Part shown: in pieces, positions 61,426 through 64,000 of the stretch
How the letters are laid out: the number at the start of each line of letters is the position of its first letter
How positions within the stretch are numbered: position 1 is the stretch's first letter
Source: Antedon mediterranea
Lineage: Eukaryota > Animalia > Echinodermata
DNA: 64,000 bases
Direction: 5' to 3'
Assembly (NCBI RefSeq): GCF_964355755.1
Contig: NC_092673.1
Location: forward strand, 4,030,001-4,094,000
Position numbers and translations under genes: made by a program
Notes under the pieces: generated by a model
Databases searched by the model: none
Told to the model about the DNA's origin: nothing
What the model saw: only the letters and a program-made list of their open reading frames with translations

Positions 61426-64000
61426 TTAATTTACATTTTCTTCAAAGTCTATGTTTACTTTGACACAGTGACCAGTAAGAACGTCCAACGCGCTAACTTT
61501 AATCTCGGTGTCGCCATACTGCATTGTAAGCCGAATTTCTCGTCGTTGCAAATCATTCAATTGTTCTATCATTGACAAATCAATTTTTAATGTTCCAAAC
61601 TTTTTAACGCCTGCATCTGTGATAAATTTAACGTTCTTCTTCTCGCTACAATAAATACTGATTAAAATCTCTTTTTGATCTGGTTTTGCAGGCGTGTAAC
61701 TCCGACATACTTTTTCGCCAGTTTGGACTGCCTGATCAACCTCAACCAACTTGTCAAAAACATCTAAGCACCATTCTACATTATCTTTGACAACTTTCTT
61801 TTTCTGCGGGTGCTTTTGTGAATCAAACTTGTTCAGCACGCCGACACCGTACGTCAACTTCGATTTACGTACTCTAATAACCGTAGGATCCATACCGTAC
61901 ATTACCGCGCCTTTCAAGACCGCCATCGTAACGTCCGGAGGAATGATCACCTGTAGGCGATCTTGGAATTGGTTGCGTATTGTGTTTTTAACAAAAGGCG
62001 ATTCAGCAAAGCCTCCGACTATGAAAAGGTGAGAAATGTTTCCAATGTTTGGTTCATTCAATACTTGTTCGATGCATTCTGTGATGTTATTTATAGATGG
62101 TTGGAAAAGGGACTGCATTCCTTCTAACGAGAAACGTATCATTCCTGTAATTCAAGAAAAAAAAAGTTAATTTGCATTAAGTATTACCAGGGAGTAGGAC
62201 TCGGGGCGGCGCATTTCTTTCATTGGACACCTAAAATAAATTGTGAACTAATTTATGATATCTATTTTTGACAGACTATTGATATTATACGTTAGCGCTC
62301 AACCGTGACAAATCCGCACCTGAATATGAAAAGGTAAGATAAAAACAAATATGGTATAGAATCCAAAAATCGTTTGTTTAAATCAATCAATCAATCAATG
62401 TCTTTATTCATGAAATACATACACATCAATTAAAAAAAACATGAAAGTTTGATGATGTAATATATTACAAAACAAATCTTAAAATTGGTAGTCAACGCGA
62501 TACTATGAATCAAAAAAATATATAATATACCTTGAGGAGACCATTTCACATCTTCACTGTTGTAATCTTTCAATGCATTTTCAACTGTTGACGTCTTTGT
62601 AAACTTTTTGTAATAGTCAATGAATGAGAATGGGAGCGACACATTCAATGGGTTGCTTTTCCATGGCTGTATGTTTCGTTTTCTTGCTTCAAATGCTATC
62701 ATTAGATCCACCCATCCAGCTGGCCGTTTTACCTATGGAAAGTAAAAGAGGCATGTCAAAGGTTAAACTTTGTTAAACTTCTTAGGACTAGACATTTACT
62801 GATTCTGTAGTTAGATAGAGTTGTGTATGCATTTGTCCATACAGCAATTAAACAATATACAAGCAGCTTTCCAAGGTTTATTTTTACATTCACACTGACT
62901 AAATACAGCCCCCCTATCACTCCTGACTATCTCTTAAAGCAATGTGAAAGAGATAATATAAATTTTTAATTACTAAATAAATGAGCATTTACTTTGAACT
63001 CATCAATAAAATCTTGTCCACAGATCTCAACCAGAAGTTTTTGAAACTGCCTATCAACACTGATCGAACCAAACGTTCCTCCTGATGCCCTATGAACTTC
63101 CACTAGACCATTATGATCTTCAATTTGATGGACAGTGATGTCGACAGTTCCTCCACCGCAGTCTACAACAATGTATCTACAACCTAATTGTGAGAACAAA
63201 ACAAAAACATGTTGTTTCTGCTAAATTTAAAGGTATTGTTTTTTTCTATCCTGGTGGAAATTAAGAATCTGTCCCATACCAATGGGCAGGGATATTAGCT
63301 TTGAGAATACCTCTTTACACTATTTGATAGTGTGCAGTAATATACATTATTTAATAATCCATAAAATGCTAAAAAGTTGATCCATTCAAATGCTCAAGAT
63401 CTATTAGTCCTCTCCATCGCCATAAAACAAATATGTATTTCTCATAACCTTTGAACAAAATACTATATGGCATTTTTATCTCTATGGAGTTTTCCTCAAT
63501 GACCAAAGGTACCTTTTGTGAGATTCTCTGGAACAGTATACAGTGATGCATTCATATTTTCCACTTCAATAATGCTTTTTCTTTTACTTTTATCAGGCAC
63601 AAATTCTGTTTTCTTAAGCTGACGAATATAGATAGATGCAGCTTCTGGCTCCAGGGCAATTGTCAACTGATCTGGGTTAGACGGAGAACCAATACCAGCC
63701 TAAAAAACAAGGATAAATAAAGTAACAATATATATATTTTATAACAAAATGATTTCATAGTTTAGTACAGTGGAAGCATATATTCATTTACCAAATAAGT
63801 TGCTTTCCTTATGAACTGTTTAGCTTGCTGTTTCCAAATTGCTGGCACGGTCAGAACCCAGCGAATGTCCTGCTGGTCCACGTGATGGTCACTGCGGTCA
63901 GACACATCTTTTAATGCACGGTCCTTAAAGAATGCAAGGGCTAATTCAAACAGCTTGATGGCTGGTACATGAATGCCATTGCCTGCCTCTATCTCCGTAT
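61426..64000 (-). CDS. HSPA12: Heat shock 70 kDa protein 12-like (3' part; 5' end outside the window)
   Basis: Exons >64000-63792, 63699-63513, 63183-62993, 62732-62531, 62144-61426; motifs IRWVLTVPAIWKQ, IALEPEAASIY, YIVVDCGGGTVDITVH, KRPAGWVDLMIAFEARKR, VGGFAESP, AVLKGAVMYG. Confidence 0.92.

Overview
AT-rich, intron-rich animal DNA, most likely from an invertebrate deuterostome (inference only). About 56 kb of the window is a three-unit tandem array. Each unit holds a tRNA-like element, a decayed Penelope-like retroelement, a 9-exon sialidase (NEU2/3/4-like, + strand) and a convergent SIRT5 copy (- strand). All three sialidases splice into intact ORFs (A 386 aa; B and C 392 aa). Only the last SIRT5 copy is intact, and it sits head-to-head with TMEM230; an HSPA12-like gene enters from the right edge. 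Units B and C are near-identical apart from a 630-bp TTAA-flanked insertion and a few small changes. Two observations stand out. First, three tiny 5' exons missed by the ORF track give the sialidase an N-terminal MGGCC myristoylation/palmitoylation-type motif plus a polybasic patch, with no signal peptide. Second, paralogs A and B differ mostly at amino-acid-changing sites in active-site loops while the adjacent introns are nearly identical, which suggests strong diversifying selection. Introns carry nested DNA transposons (Academ-, Kolobok-, Harbinger-, MULE-, piggyBac-, pogo- and Helentron-like), and the Penelope copies keep degenerate hammerhead ribozymes. All gene models and difference counts were read by hand and need computational confirmation.
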